A stretch of DNA of 124,000 bases from Octopus vulgaris (GCA_951406725.2 OX597819.1:25192001-25316000); one strand, 5' to 3'. Positions 42,163 to 57,651 are shown, numbered from the stretch's first letter. Numbers and translations are program-made. Notes: generated by a model not told the origin, from the letters alone.

Positions 42163-43020
42163 CAGGGTGCCATGGGTAAATTCTCGCCATTTTATACTTT
42201 TAATTTTGTGCATGCGCATTGTTTGTTTTTTGATTTTGTCGACTACACAGTATAGTAGGGTCAATTGGGCACTGTCTGTGAGAAAAAACAGCACAATGAT
42301 GCAATTCACTCTGCCAGAAATTTGGAAACAACATGCTTGGTATTCACACTGGAAGCTCCAATACGGACATTTCAGTGCAATCTGAAGACATGTACTGGGA
42401 GTGATATAAATCAAATATCCAGGCAACATCATGGTTTTTGGAGTGATCACTAGTGATGGCGATGTTATGTCTCCATCCATCTTCCCACATGGCCCCAGAC
42501 TCAACATGGAGAGGCCTACATCAAATGCCTAAAGGAGGTAGTGCTGCTCTGGGTCAAGAGGGTGCTTGCTGGAAGACTCTATGTCTGGTAACAGGACTCT
42601 CCACCATGCCGCACAAAAAAGAGAACCCAGTCATGGCTGTCAGACAATTTCTGTGACTACATCACCCCTAATGTCTGGCCACCTAACTCGACAAATTGCA
42701 ACCCCTTTGATTATTAGGTGAGAGCACAGTTGAACAAGAGACCAATAATACCTCTTGTTATACCAAAGATGAACTGAAAGCAAGGATTATGGAAGCATTC
42801 ACCAACTTAAATAAGGAAGCTGCCCAGAAGAGTTGCAGAGATTCAAAAGTCATCTGGCGGTCGTGGTTGAAGCCAATGGCGATTTTATTGAGTGAATTTA
42901 CTCTTTAGTATTTCAAGATATTTTTATGTAATTTTGGTAAATATATCTGTTAAAATGAGATGTCAGTGTTATTTTCATTTTTGCATAGTTTAGAGATGAC
43001 AGCTTATTCACCACACCCTC
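42163..43020 (+). mobile_element. Tc1/mariner remnant (internally deleted)
   Basis: TA|CAGGGTG start; frameshifted MVFGVITSDGDVMSPSIFPHG and WPPNS..CNPFDY motifs. Confidence 0.75.
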
Positions 43021-43036
43021 ACTATATATATGCATA

Positions 43037-43385
<349 letters not shown>

Positions 43386-43482
43386 ATAGCAATGGTAAGA
43401 CAACAAAAGAATGAAAATGTCCTTGATATTATATAAATAGAGGAATTTATTTGTAATATTGTGACAATTATTTGGTTACCAT

Positions 43483-43543
43483 AATAAAACTCCAAGTTTC
43501 GGATGTTGGGGCGGAAACCTGCACCAGCATCTCTTCAGTTATC
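43483..43543 (-). ncRNA. Type-I hammerhead motif (intact core), left arm of a palindrome
   Basis: Minus: GATAA-CTGAAGA-GATG...CATCC-GAA-ACT.TGG.AGT-T-TTATT; GUU triplet. Confidence 0.65.
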
Positions 43544-43576
43544 GTGGCAATTAAAATATATTATTTTAATTGCCTT

Positions 43577-43636
43577 GATAACTGAAGAGATGCCGGTACA
43601 GGTTTCCGCCCTGATATCCGAACTTGGAATTTTATC
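43577..43636 (+). ncRNA. Hammerhead motif with a core deletion (GAAA to GAA), right arm of the palindrome
   Basis: GATAA-CTGAAGA(43582-88)...TATCC-GAAC...TTATC; one A missing from the GAAA element. Confidence 0.5.
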
Positions 43637-43654
43637 ATGGCAACCGAATAGTTG

Positions 43655-43695
<41 letters not shown>

Positions 43696-45390
43696 GTTAA
43701 ACCAAACATGAAAACACAAAGAGAACACACAACAACGTGAGGACATGTTGAAACGTCTATATATATATATATATATATATATATGTAATAAAATATTTTT
43801 ATTTGTCTGAAGTTGAAGCTTCACTACATTCACTACTCTAAGCTTTTTACTTCTGGGTATTAATACTATTTCCTTGAATTCTCTCAAAAATCAGAAACTA
43901 CAAGAAACAACAGTTTTGAAATAATATAACTGTTTATGCATCGTTATTTCTACATCACAAATGATAGAAAAGCCTTCAGTATAAGTCAAGGCGTATAATT
44001 ACTGTATTTATTTGAGTATAAGTTGCACTATTCTATACTTGATTTTAATGGAAAAAACTAGGATGTGACTTATACGTGAGGTAAAGCGAAGACAGCCCTT
44101 TCATTACTGTATTTATTTTGAGATGCTCTGTGTTTCTTTTAATTATTTTAGATGTAACAAAGAATTTAGTAAAGTAACTTAGTTATTATCAAGCTAGTGT
44201 TAGGAACGTAAATTGTGACTAAGGCTTGGTGGAATATTTTAATTCAAAACTTATGAAAACAAGATATTTTACCACAGAGCCAGAGCCGGTTTTGGCCAGG
44301 TTAGTAACAAAAGGGTTAAAAGGAAAATTATTTTTTTTTACCAAGATTTAGCACTGAAATAGGGGTGCAACTTATACAGGAATACAAGTTATATATGAGT
44401 GCATCTGGTACATGAGTAAATACAATATATATATTGTATTCAGCTGATATTTCACTTTGTCACTACTTGGAGTTTATAATACATACTTTCAAAGATAAGT
44501 GTGAAAAATCCAGTAATATTGAATTGAATCTGTTATGTTTTTGTTGCCATTTAAATGCTTTTCCACCTGATCATGTAGCACCATTGACCTCGGTTACACC
44601 CCAACACATCTTTGCTTATACTAAACTTCACTGAGCACTGTGTGTGTGTGTGTGTGTTTGCAATGAAGTAAGTACCTGTTTAATTTTTTGTTTCTCTGTT
44701 AGATGTAAGTATTGTTGATTTTTATTTTATATTTCTGTCCTAAATTTCCTCTTTTAATATTTCCTCTCTTGTTTGTGCCATCTTTTGGCTTTCTCTTTCT
44801 TACTCACACTTTTTCTAATTTTTTTTTCTATTTTTTCCAACTTGTCTTGAATTGATCTCTGCCTTTCTAATACACGTTATTGCTTTTGACTTCTTAAAGT
44901 CAGTTTTGGTGATGGCCACATTTTTATTTATTTATTTATTATTTTTGTATTTTTTTTTTTTGCAAACTGCTTTGTTACATAAAGATATTTATAAAGCAAA
45001 CTAATTTATAATATTCAGATTTGTGTGTATAATTACTTTCAGAATAAATTGATATCCAACGCCTTATTTATACGGTTATTTTGTGCACGCATGTGTGTGT
45101 GTGTGTATGCATGTGGGAGATAATCTTAAGCCAGTTTCTTTATATAATTTAAAGTAATGTATAGATTAGTTCTCACTAATTTAATAGCAATTAATACTTA
45201 CTGACAGAAAATCCACATTGCCACTCCATAGGCGCAGGAGTGGCTGTGTGGTAAGTAGCTTGCTTACCAGCCACATGGTTCCGGGTTCAGTCCCACTGCG
45301 TGGCACCTAGGGCAAGTGTCTTCTACTATAGCCTTGGGCCAACCAAAGCCTTGTGAATGGATTTGGTAGACGGAAACTGAAAGAAGCCCG

Positions 45391-45431
<41 letters not shown>

Positions 45432-46499
45432 TATGTTTGTGTGTCTGTGTTTGTCCCCCCCAACATCGCTTAACAACCGATGTTGGTGTGTTTACGTCCC
45501 CATCACTTAGTGGTTCGGCAAAAAGGACCGATAGAATAAGTACTAGGCTTACAAAGAATAAGTCCTGGGGTTGATTTGCTTGACTAAAGGCAGTGCTCCA
45601 GCATGGCCGCAGTTAAATGACTGAAACAAATAAAGGAATAAAAGAATTGCCCTTTAAAATATTTCTTCTCCTTTTCTTTCATTTTTCTCTGCTCTCCTGC
45701 ATTTTCTCTGTACATAGAGCCTCTACATGGTTGTCAAAGTTGCTAGAAATGACAGTCAAATCTTTAATCACATCATACCACAAATGAAGATACACTGATT
45801 AATTAAGTCCTATATATACTCTATACTTACATTAATCAAATTTAGCATTAGCCAATGCGGAAGCTTCTACATGAGTGGTTCTTAACCTGGGTCAACATGA
45901 CCATTGGGAGTTCATGTAAGATTTAGGTGTTAAAATATGTGCCATAAATTAGTTATACTTTACAATACACAAAATATTTTAGCAATTTCTTAAATACAAT
46001 TCTGGCTTGATATAATTTTGACTGGGGACTGTAAGCTGGACTCAGCCCAGAGTTAATAAGATGCCAACCCTGGCTCTATATGTACTATGTGTGTGTGTGT
46101 GCGCGTGAATGCGTGGGTGTATATATTCCCAAAATATATTTATTATCTAATTATTGTTATTTGTTTCCAAATAAACTGACAGCATGCCATTGTTAATAAT
46201 GATAAGAAGAACATTTCTTTATAATCTTTGAAGCTTCATACTCAAAACTGTGCTGAATAAAAAAGCCTTTCACTCACATTTGTGTCATTTTTATAAAGAC
46301 ATTTCTTATTTGTTACATATTTTCTTCATCAAATGTCTGACTTATGCAGCTTATTTCAGTCATTACGATTAACACAATATAACTGGTATTAATATAAGTG
46401 TGCGAGCGTGCGCATATATATATATATATATATATACCAAAAGACCTATCTATAAATGCTCTAATATCTACACAGCCTTGATTTTTTATCTTATTACAT

Positions 46500-46997
<498 letters not shown>

Positions 46998-47676
46998 TCG
47001 AAACTGCACCTTCACAAACATCATTTTATACAGCTTTGCTTCATAAATTCGCACGACATTTAATAAATGTATTTTCGTGTTTACAAATATTTAAACATGT
47101 GTTGCATGTATGTACTTATTTAAAAATCTATGTGTATCTATCTATCTATATATATATGAGTATGTGTTCCTAATTGTGTGTTATTGTTTGTATGTATCAC
47201 AGTTTATATGTACATATACATATATATATACATTCGCTTGGAGTACTTACGTAAAAATTTGTTTTCAAGGGAGATAACACTCATCAATACACTTGAGAGT
47301 TACTTCCCTTATACTAATCGCGCTTTCTCGCATTTATTTCTCCTATTTTCTTTCGTTTCCTTAAATTTTTACCGCTTTTTTTTTGCTGGTTCTGGATCAA
47401 CTTTACAATCTATGGAAACTATAATAGAATTACTAGAATTTTCTCTGATACTCACTCTCTCTTTCTCTTTCTCTCGCTTGCATACATGCTCTTACATGCA
47501 ATACACAAGAAACACGCTAATGCGACTATTTCTACTTGGTTGAGAGACATGCTTGAAATAGCAGCTAAATCTCCTTCAAACAACATCCTATCTTATAAAA
47601 AAAAAAAAAAAATGAAAAAAATCCCCAAACCCAGAAACAAAAGAAAAAAGATGAGATACTCATAACCAGAATTGGC

Positions 47677-48343
47677 ATCTTTTCGGTTTGAACGGCAGTT
47701 TTTTCTAGCGGTGTCATATGAAATTGTCACCCATAATTATAACCCTAGAATCGATCTATTGCATTTCGATCTGTTTTAGGGTTAGGATTAGTTAGGGTTA
47801 GGGTTAGGGTTAGGTGTGGAGGGAAGGGTATCTTTTTTTTTCTTCACAAATGTAAATAAACCCAATCTGTTTCTTAAACGAGGGACATATTCATACGGCA
47901 CAGAATGTTTTTTTTTTACCTCAATAGACGTCACTGATTGGTTGAAAATGCAGAAATTGAAGAAAATCAACAACAAATATCTTACAAACTATAGAATTTT
48001 CTCAATAAAGCCAAGAGAAAAATATGTTTTATAAACACATTCTACCAGTATATGAAGTTTAACTCTTTCGTTACCATATTTATTTTGAGATGCTCTGTGT
48101 TTCTTTCAATTATTTTAGATGTAACAAAGAATTTAGTAAAATAACTTAGTTATCATTAAGCTAGTGTTAGGAACATAAATTGTGATTAAGGTTTGGTGGA
48201 AGATTTTAATCCAAAATTTATGAAAACAAGACATTTGTCCTACAGAGCCAGAGCCAGTTTCAGTCGGGTTGGTAACGAAAGGGTTAAAATGTTTTAGTTA
48301 CCTAGAAATTATGTTAAAAACTGCCGTTCAAACTGAAAAGATC
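47677..48343. mobile_element. MITE related to the 19281 fold-back, with (TTAGGG)n, carrying a nested piggyBac MITE (48063-48283)
   Basis: Termini ATCTTTTCGGTTTGAACGGCAG / CTGCCGTTCAAACTGAAAAGAT; nested element sits in a duplicated TTAA. Confidence 0.82.
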
Positions 48344-48623
48344 CCAGAATTGTTTCGAACAGAGCTCTACTCTATCTGGGCGAAACTAAAACGTTAACAA
48401 ATAACGAATTGTATGATAATGCATTCTGTTAGCACAATAACATTTTGGAACAATTTTAATATCTAAAACATTAATGATGATCAGATTTGATAGTAACACA
48501 TACATACATAAATAGAGTAAATTAATGCATAACAAATCAAATGACTTCTCTGATTGATAACATTAATTGATCATTAGTTATAACCATTAAATAATTGTGC
48601 GTGTATGTGTGTATGTATGTATG

Positions 48624-48670
<47 letters not shown>

Positions 48671-49019
48671 TCGATTAACGTCCATTAACCGTGTAGGTAT
48701 GGGTTAGACTATGTAATATATGTATATATGTATCTAAATATATATGTATACATATATATATTTAAATATATATGGACACAAATGTATATATACATATGAA
48801 TATATAAAATGCATACCTGCATACAAACATATATATATATAATGTATGTGTGTCATTTCAAACATGTATAGAAATGTATATATATATATATACATACAAA
48901 TACACACATACACATATATATATAATGTAGGTGTGTCAATTCACACACATATAGAAATGTATGTACACAAATATATTTATATATATATATATATGAATAT
49001 ATAAATACATACATACATG

Positions 49020-49051
<32 letters not shown>

Positions 49052-50587
49052 TACACACACACACACACACACATACACACAATATACATATCATCATAAT
49101 CATCAATTAACATTAATTTTTCCATGATGGTATGAGTTGGACTATATAATATATTTGTATTTATGTGTATAAATATATATGTATGTCAATCCACACACAT
49201 ATAGAAATGTATGTATGATTTTATATATAAATATATATATATATGTGTGTGTGTGTATATATATGCATTATTTAACACACATACATGCACACACATACAT
49301 ATGGATGCACACCTTATATCCATGAAATTAGGGAAAATCTATTTTTTATTATAAAATGTGAATGTAGAAAAATTCATAAACAATCTTATTTCTGAATCTA
49401 TTTGATACTTTTATCTCTTTTTTCTCATTAATTGCTTTGCCTGCTTCGTTAATTTCTTTGCTTTCTGTCTGTTTCTTTTGAGCTTTAAATTAGCATTATT
49501 CAACTATTTCATCTCCTTATCCAACTGAAAATCTCTTGAAACATTGACAATCAAATGTATTTAAATGAATCAATTTATAAGATTCTGTATTTTTCTTCAT
49601 ATTAACTAAGTATTACTTGAGTAAAAATGGAAGACCTACTAATTATTATATACATAATACAAAATATATTCTAAGATAATGTAATGTTAATAAATTTTTT
49701 TTTAATATAGTATATTAGTATAATATCATAATTATCATAATAATTTAAATACATAATTACTAATTTAAACATAATTACTAATTATCTTATATTGAGCTAA
49801 ATTCAATTTTTCTGACTAAAAAGAAAAACAATAAATAAATGATTGAGAGCCAAAGAAACATATTTTTACTTACATCTCTGAAGCATGATGAAGAAAATTT
49901 CAGAATAAATTATGTTTGTAATTGAAATGTTTTCATTTTATGTAATTTAACTTAATACTTGTCGTTTATAAATCCTCAAGAATATTTTTCTAAATTTTCA
50001 ATGCTTTTTTAAATCAAAGGCGCTAACTGCCTATTGTTTTTCCTACATTTAAATGCTTAGATATTTTATTATTTTAGAAGTTTTAAAATATAAAAATTAA
50101 AAAGTACTTTTTTTACAATGGTTTTTAAGTAATCCATGTAACTAAATTGATTTGGACATCAATTGAAGAGAGGACACATCATTTTATTATATTCTTAATA
50201 ATCCTAATCTTAATAAAAAAAAATCATCCAAATATGATATTAGGCTTGCAGGCAATATTTCTATGTTAACAATGAACTTGCTTTTAAATGTTAAAAAAGA
50301 GAGAAAGGGAGCTGTGGTTGAAGTACCTGTTGAATTGTTGTGTGTGTGTGTGTGTAATATTTTATTTTATTATTTTATGTTATGTAGCATAGCCTGAAAC
50401 ATAATACAAAATACCAAGTTTGCTGGAAATCTTTGAGAAAACCACAACATGACATATCTTTCGTCTGTCTTATTGCTGAATCTCTTGTCTCTCATAAGGC
50501 TTTACTTTCTGTATTTCTTTTTTTATTATTATTATTATTATTATTTTACAAAGTTTATATTTATATTCTTTTCCTTCATTCCACTAG

Positions 50588-50752
50588 ATAACAAATGGTC
50601 TAAATGGAGTAGCTGGACAAACTGCAGCTCTAAATGTGGCGGAGGTCTTCGGTACCGCAAACGTAACTGTCTTTCTTCTCACCCAGAGGTGTTGGCTTAT
50701 TGTAAAGGACCCCAAATGGAAGTGATGCATTGCAATATGCAACCGTGTCATG
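50588..50752 (+). CDS. SEMA5: Semaphorin-5-like exon, thrombospondin type-1 repeat
   Basis: Pyrimidine tract plus AG at 50586-87, GT at 50753; 165 nt, phase 1/1; NKWSKWSSWTNCSSKCGGGLRYRKRNC...CKGPQMEVMHCNMQPCH is a canonical WSxWSxW/CSxxCGGG/RxRxC TSP1. Confidence 0.93.
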
Positions 50753-50786
50753 GTAATTTAACCTTCTATGACAGCTTGACAATTTT

Positions 50787-50824
<38 letters not shown>

Positions 50825-51496
50825 ACTTTTCAATGATTTAATGAGATTTATAACTTTGGATAATTTCTTACAAATTCATCACTTTCTCCTCTTTACAAGA
50901 GAATCATTAAATATAACATAACGTAATATATTATAATACAATATAATACACTATAATGTAATATAATATAATAGAATATAACAACACAATAGAATACTGA
51001 ATATAAAATGGCACTAATATTAACCTTTTGATTCCAACCCACCTGAGACTGTCTTTGGTTCTATGATATATAAAATTTCTCTTTTAAAGTGATCCAAATT
51101 AAAGCCTGTTAAAATCTCACGTTAATCATGTTCCAAACACCTGCTTGATTATGACATTAGTCATTTTACTAAATTCTTCATTATTTTCAAAATCATTTGA
51201 GGTAAAGGCAGTGGATTTCTGGAGAGACATGGAAATGAAAAGGTTAAAGCATACAAGCAACTATTTTATTTTATGAATAAATTTGTCTTTTGGTGAAGGA
51301 ACATATTATAGAATAAATTGTATTTGATAAGATGAGATTCATTGAAACCTGTAATATTTTCTTTATATAATTTTCTAATTAATTTTTTATTAAATTCCCT
51401 CTTAAACTGAAATGTCTTAGACTTGCTTCTGTGCTATTTCCACCTCCATCTTTTATATATAAAAATTTGATTTGTATAGATCTCTAAGCTTTTTTC

Positions 51497-51545
<49 letters not shown>

Positions 51546-51546
<1 letters not shown>

Positions 51547-52680
51547 TAGCTGGTGTACCTGGTAATTCCTGGGGGTAAAGATGTTCTATTGAAATGCTTT
51601 ATAACTCTAAGAAAGCAATTTCATTATAACTTCCACAAAAGGTGTATTTTCCATCATGAAAAAAATATTAAAAAAACTGTCAGCTGGAGGAGGGAGAGAT
51701 TGCTGGAGGTTGGCAACTCTCATGCCATTGCATAATTTTAGGGGATCGAGGTTTCTTAAAAGCATAACTGGGGCTCCAACCTTTAGATGCAATTCATGCA
51801 GTGGTAGACCTGAAGGTGCAAGGCTATTGAAGAATTCAACGGGGTAATGAACAGCATCATTGGTGTGGAGTACAATATCAATTGACATGTATGTGCGACG
51901 ATTGTCAAGCAGTTGTTCCAGAAGGTGATTGTTTATGCCATCGACTGCAACATTTTTTGGCACCAAAATTGCAGTTTTCTCAGTTTTCTCAGCCAACAGT
52001 GGTCTGTGAATTGTGTGTTCAGATTGGGGAAAACTCTCACCAATAGTTCGTGTATATTTGACACCAAATTGCCAAAGGGTAAACTAATCTTCCCCTTCTG
52101 CTCAATAATTACAGAACCAGTTCCAATATCCATTAATTGCCTGCAGAAGTTCTGCATGTGTGCATCACCACCTAACTGCACTCTCATGTTTGTTGTGAGT
52201 TTCAACTTTCTAACCTTGCCCCAAAGGTATGAAGATTTGAGGCTCACACTTACCTCATCTGCTCTCGTCCCCTTTCGAATGACTGTGAGTGTTTGTCGAA
52301 AGTCTCCTGCAAGGAGTACTGTTAGGCCACCAATTAGTCTTGAGTTGCACCTCGGATCTTGAAGTAATCTGTCAAAAGCCCCCTTATGACTCATTGTTGC
52401 TTCATCCCAAATGATCAATTTGCACTCAGTGGATGACTTTGAGATCAGGCAGCTCATCCATCCTCCCCTGAGCGCATTTCAAGCTATTCACATAGGTATG
52501 AGTTGAATGAAGCATTGTCTGTAATTTTTGCAATCAGACGTTTGTCAACACCTTCATTCAGCCTGCACCATTGGTCAACTTCCTCATCGTCACCTCCCAT
52601 AAAATACACCTGGACAAATTTCAGCTCAGCATCTGGTAAAGCTCTTAGGCTTCCCACTTAATTATAGCATTGACACCTGA
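51546..52680 (-). mobile_element. Helitron fragment: PIF1 helicase, N-terminal remnant and 3' CTAG end
   Basis: IIWDEATMSHK...LLAGDFRQTL...TTNMRV; PVEFFNSL.PSGLP.HEL.LKVGAPVMLLRNLDP.KLCNG; KFVQVYFMG near 52600; minus strand ends CTAG|T at 51546. Confidence 0.92.
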
Positions 52681-53498
52681 TTTTGATATCAGAAAAAAAA
52701 TAAAAGAAAGAAAATGGAGAAATTGATTTATAAATACTGATTTATTGAAACAAATCTAGTTTTGAACAATATCAAACTCATAGAAGCTGCAATTGTTCCC
52801 ATGTACAATTAATTAATTCAAATAATTAATAATCCTCTGAATAACCCTAAACTTTAACTTTATACAACATAGCAATATTGTTTACAATATTTAACTATAG
52901 TACTACATGATAAGATTTCCCCTATTTCATTATCAATGGCCTGCTAGTGGCCAACCCCTTTAATTGTCAGTTAACATCTTGATTTAGGTTTTTCCTTTAC
53001 CAAATCTCATGATATTTCTTCTAATAAATCTTGATTTTTTTATGACTATACCCACTATGATTTCTGTCTACTCCCACAGCCCTACCCCAAACAGACACTG
53101 TCCCTTGTTCTCTCGGCTTTAGATATACAAGGATTTGATAAAACTAGTCTATAAATTAAAACTGACCCCATAAAAAACAGTGACAAGCAAAATCTGTAAC
53201 AAGTCTCTCTTCCTGATACCTTAGTAGCTTCTAAGCTGAAGTGAAGGCAGCATGTTCTTTGTCTATCTCCATAACTTCTTGGAGATTTTAAGTAAAATTA
53301 TACTAATGTGTCCATCTGTTTTAATTTAATTAAATTCTGTGTCTTTGTGCAACTGAGGATTGCTCTGTATTTAAATTGATGAAATGGTTGCATTGTTCAA
53401 TTAAATGAAGTTGCGTGAAATGATTGTACTGCATTACCTCTGGATATTCTTGTTGCTTATTTAGATTTATGTGTATATATATGTATATATATATAAGC

Positions 53499-53536
<38 letters not shown>

Positions 53537-53609
53537 TTGGAAATGGATGTATGCCATTCATTCATACAGTAATATAAATAAAATATATATATAGGCATAT
53601 ATACATACA

Positions 53610-53664
<55 letters not shown>

Positions 53665-54547
53665 GTATGTATGTATATACATATATCGGTACAGGACAAC
53701 ACATGTGCATTTATATATGCATATACATATATATGCATATGTATATATATGTATATGCATATACATATATATCCATATGTATATATGCATATAGATATAT
53801 ATGAATATATATGAATATATATGCATATATATGTATATGCATATATATATATATGCATATAAATATATATGCATATATATATATGCATATATATGTTTAT
53901 GCATACATATGTATGTGCATATATAAATGCATATATATATGTGTATTCGCATATATATATGCAAATATATATATATGCACATATATATATACATACACAT
54001 ATATATATGTATATATACATACACACATATACGCATACACCGCAAAAGCATATATTTCCATTTTTTTTTGAGTAGGTTTCATGTCTTTGTGCACATGTGT
54101 GTGCACATGCCTGTACATGTGTTGGTGTCTGAGGTAATAGCTTTCTTTTTTTTGACGACGAGGCAGCATTTCCGAATAGGTATGTAGCCTCAAGTGATTC
54201 GAATAATCACAAAAGCATCCGCACCTGCACCATCAAGTAATTCCTAATAGATATCAGTGCTATACAGGTTTAATTAAAACTTTGGCTTGCAACAGCTTAC
54301 AACTGTCAAGGAGATTTAAAGTATGAGACACAAAATAATAAGAAGAAATACGAATTCTAATGAAACTCGTAAAGAGATCTCAGGCTAAGACGTTGGCATC
54401 AAAGTGAAGTTGAGTCTTGTTAGGTTATAAAGTAATTTGATATTTTGATATGAATACATATGCATATGTATACATATGTGTGTTTTAGTATGTATATATG
54501 CAAATATATATATATATAAACGCACGCACATTTTATATATAATATAT

Positions 54548-54711
54548 AGTCGCAGGAGTGGCTGTGTGGTAAGTAGCTTGCTAATCAACCACATGGTTCC
54601 GGGTTCAGTCCCACTGTGTGGCATCTTGGGCAAGTGTCTTCTGCTATAGCCCTGTGCCGACAAATGCCTTGTGAGTGGATTTGGTTGACGGAAACTGAAA
54701 GAAGCCTGTCG

Positions 54712-54752
<41 letters not shown>

Positions 54753-55613
54753 CTGTGTTTGTCCCCCTAGTATTGCTTGACAACCGATGCTGGTGTGTTT
54801 ACGTCCCCGTTACTTAGCGGTTTGGCAAAAAAAGAGACCAATAGAATAAGTACTGGGCTTTCAAAGAATAAACCCCGGGGTTGATTTGCTCGACTAAAGG
54901 CTGTGCTCCAGCATGGCCGCAGTCAAATGACTGAAACAAGTAAAAGAGTAAAGAGTATATATATATATATATATATATATTACTCTTTTACTCTTTTACT
55001 TGTTTCAGTCATTTGACTGCAGCCATGCTGGAGCACAGCCTTTAGTCGAGCGAATCGACCCCTGGACTTATTCTTTGTAAGCCTAGTACTTATTCTATTT
55101 GTCTCTTTTGCCAAACCGCTAAGTTATAGGAACGCAAACACATCAGCATCAGTTGTCAAGCGATGTTGGGAGGACAAACACAGACACACAAACACATACA
55201 CATACATAAGTGTAGGAGTGGCTGTGTGGTAAGTTGCTTGCTTACCAACCACATGGTTCCAGGTTCTGTCCCACTGCGTGGCACCTTGGGTAAGTGTCTT
55301 CTACTATAGCCTCGGGCCGACCAAAGTCTTGTGAGTGGATTTGGTAGATGGAAACTGAAAGAAGCCCATCGTATATATGTATATATATATGTGTGTATGT
55401 GTTTGTGTGTCTGTGTTTGTCCCTCCCCAACATCATTTGACAACCGATGCTGGTGTGTTTACATCTCCGTAACTTAGCGGTTCGGCAAAAGAGGCCGATA
55501 GAATAACTACTAGGCTTACAAAGAATAAGTCCTGGGGTCGATTTGCTCGACTAAAGGCGGTGCTCCAGCATGGCCACAGTCAAATGACTGAAACAAGTAA
55601 AAGAGTAAAAGCG

Positions 55614-55645
<32 letters not shown>

Positions 55646-56605
55646 TAATCCTACAGCAGGCTAGAACCTTCTCCAGGAGGAAATGTATACACCACAGAAT
55701 GGCTAAGGAAATACCTTTGGCATTTTTTGTGTATGTGCGTGTATGTATGTGTGCATGCATGTTTCTCCTAATGGCAAATCAATGAATGCATACTTAAAAG
55801 TGCATATTTGTTAGTATGTGTATGCATGTACTTACACATCACTTTTGTGTTTAGACACAAAACACACATCTACATATATGAATGTAAATGATACATATGT
55901 ATCCATCTACATATGCTAGTAAGTATGTATGCACATATACATCTGTAAGTGCAAATTTGTGCATCTGCACATAATATATATAAGGTATATATAGGCGCAG
56001 GAGTGGCTGTGTGGTAAGTAGCTTGTTTACCAACCACATGTTTTCGGGTTCAGTCCCACTGAGTGGCACCTTGGACAAGTGTCTTCTACTATAGCCTCGG
56101 GCCGACCAAAGCCTTGTGAGTGGATTTGGTAGACGGAAACTGAAAGAAGCCCGTCCTATATATGTATGTATATGTATGTGCGTGTATGTTTGTGTGTCTG
56201 TGTTTGTTCCCCTAGCATTGCTTGACAACCGATGGTGGTGTGTTTATGTCGCCGTCACTTAGCGGTTCGGCAAAAGAGACTGATAGAATAAGTACTGGGC
56301 GTACAAAAGAATAAGTCCCAGGGTCGAGTTGCTCGACTAAAGGCGGTGCCCCAGCATGGCCGCAGTCAAATGACTGAAACAAGTAAAAGAGTAAAAGAGT
56401 AAAGAGTATATGTTACCTATTTCTGCCTACCCATATTTCCAACTCTCATTCTACCATGAAATAAGTTGGGTTTCTGGCTGTGTGGTAAGCAGCTTGCTTA
56501 CCAACCACATGGTTCGGGGTTCATTCCCACTGTGTGGCACCTTGGGCAAGTGTCTTCTACTATAGCCTCAGGCCAACCAAAGTCTTGTGAGTGAATTTGG
56601 TAGAG
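54548..56605. mobile_element. Cluster of five family A SINEs (one inverted)
   Basis: Copies about 54548-54955(+), 54980-55200(-), 55212-55610(+), 55993-56405(+), 56475-56605(+, partial). Confidence 0.88.
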
Positions 56606-57010
56606 GGAACAAGAACAGGACAGTGGAGACAGACAAGGAAACCGAACGAAAACAAACATGGAGGGTTATGCGACTCAATACTGTTTTCTCTCTTATCCTT
56701 TTCTCTAATTCTCTTTTCTCCACTTCACCGTTTTCTATCTGTCCCTCTCTTTTTCCCCTCTTTCTCCTTTTCTCTCTCGTTGCTCACACATAGCCATTGT
56801 CCATTTTTCTTTTCCTCCCGTGATCATCTGTCTTTTCTTTCAAGACTGTTCTAAGGACTAGACATATACTATCTCTTTTCTACCTTTTCCCTTGTCAAAG
56901 AAGATATTTCTCCAGCGTTCGCTATTTTACGCTCGTTCTTGTCTAACAGTCCACCATGTTTGTTTTCGTTTGGTTTCCTATATATATATGTGTATACACA
57001 TATATATGTA

Positions 57011-57051
<41 letters not shown>

Positions 57052-57159
57052 ATACATACATACATAGATACATACATGAATGTATGTATGTATATATGGA
57101 TATGCCTTGGTTTTGTCATATGGAAGAACAATATATTAAAACTTATAGAAATTCCTATT

Positions 57160-57480
57160 TCTGTGTGATACAGGATAATGGCGATGACAATATAACTGCG
57201 CTACTGCTGACACCTAAAACTGCCCAACTTAGAACGAAAATGAGAACTACCTGGACTCTAGTAAAAGAATTTCTGTGAGACAATTTTGTTAGACCCTTAT
57301 GGAACCAGTCTTCATTTCTTGACAAACACCATACAGTAATCAAGTTGTCTCTCGAATGTAATTCTATGAAGCTTTCACGAAACTCAGAGTCATGTGTCTT
57401 CATTTTATTAGTGTGATCATCCATAAATGATATTACACACCTATCCTTTTCCTTGTGGTTGAGTAGTCTATTTTTGGAAT
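57160..57480 (-). mobile_element. Degenerate APE-type LINE endonuclease remnant (tentative)
   Basis: Minus [36 protein letters not shown] loosely follows the TRID.IF.S...V....I...LSDH pattern. Confidence 0.35.
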
Positions 57481-57609
57481 ATGAATCACATCTGATCATG
57501 TATACACACACACACACATATGTATTTATGAATTTATCTGTGTGTATATCTAGATTTATATTTAGATATACATACGAGTGCGTGAGTTTATATATACATA
57601 CACACACAC

Positions 57610-57651
<42 letters not shown>

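Noticed and set aside
47785-47815. (TTAGGG)n as a chromosome end or fusion scar
   Set aside because: Short and internal to a MITE family.
48350-48395. GCTC...GGGC-GAAA remnant
   Set aside because: CUGANGA not recognisable; too decayed to call.
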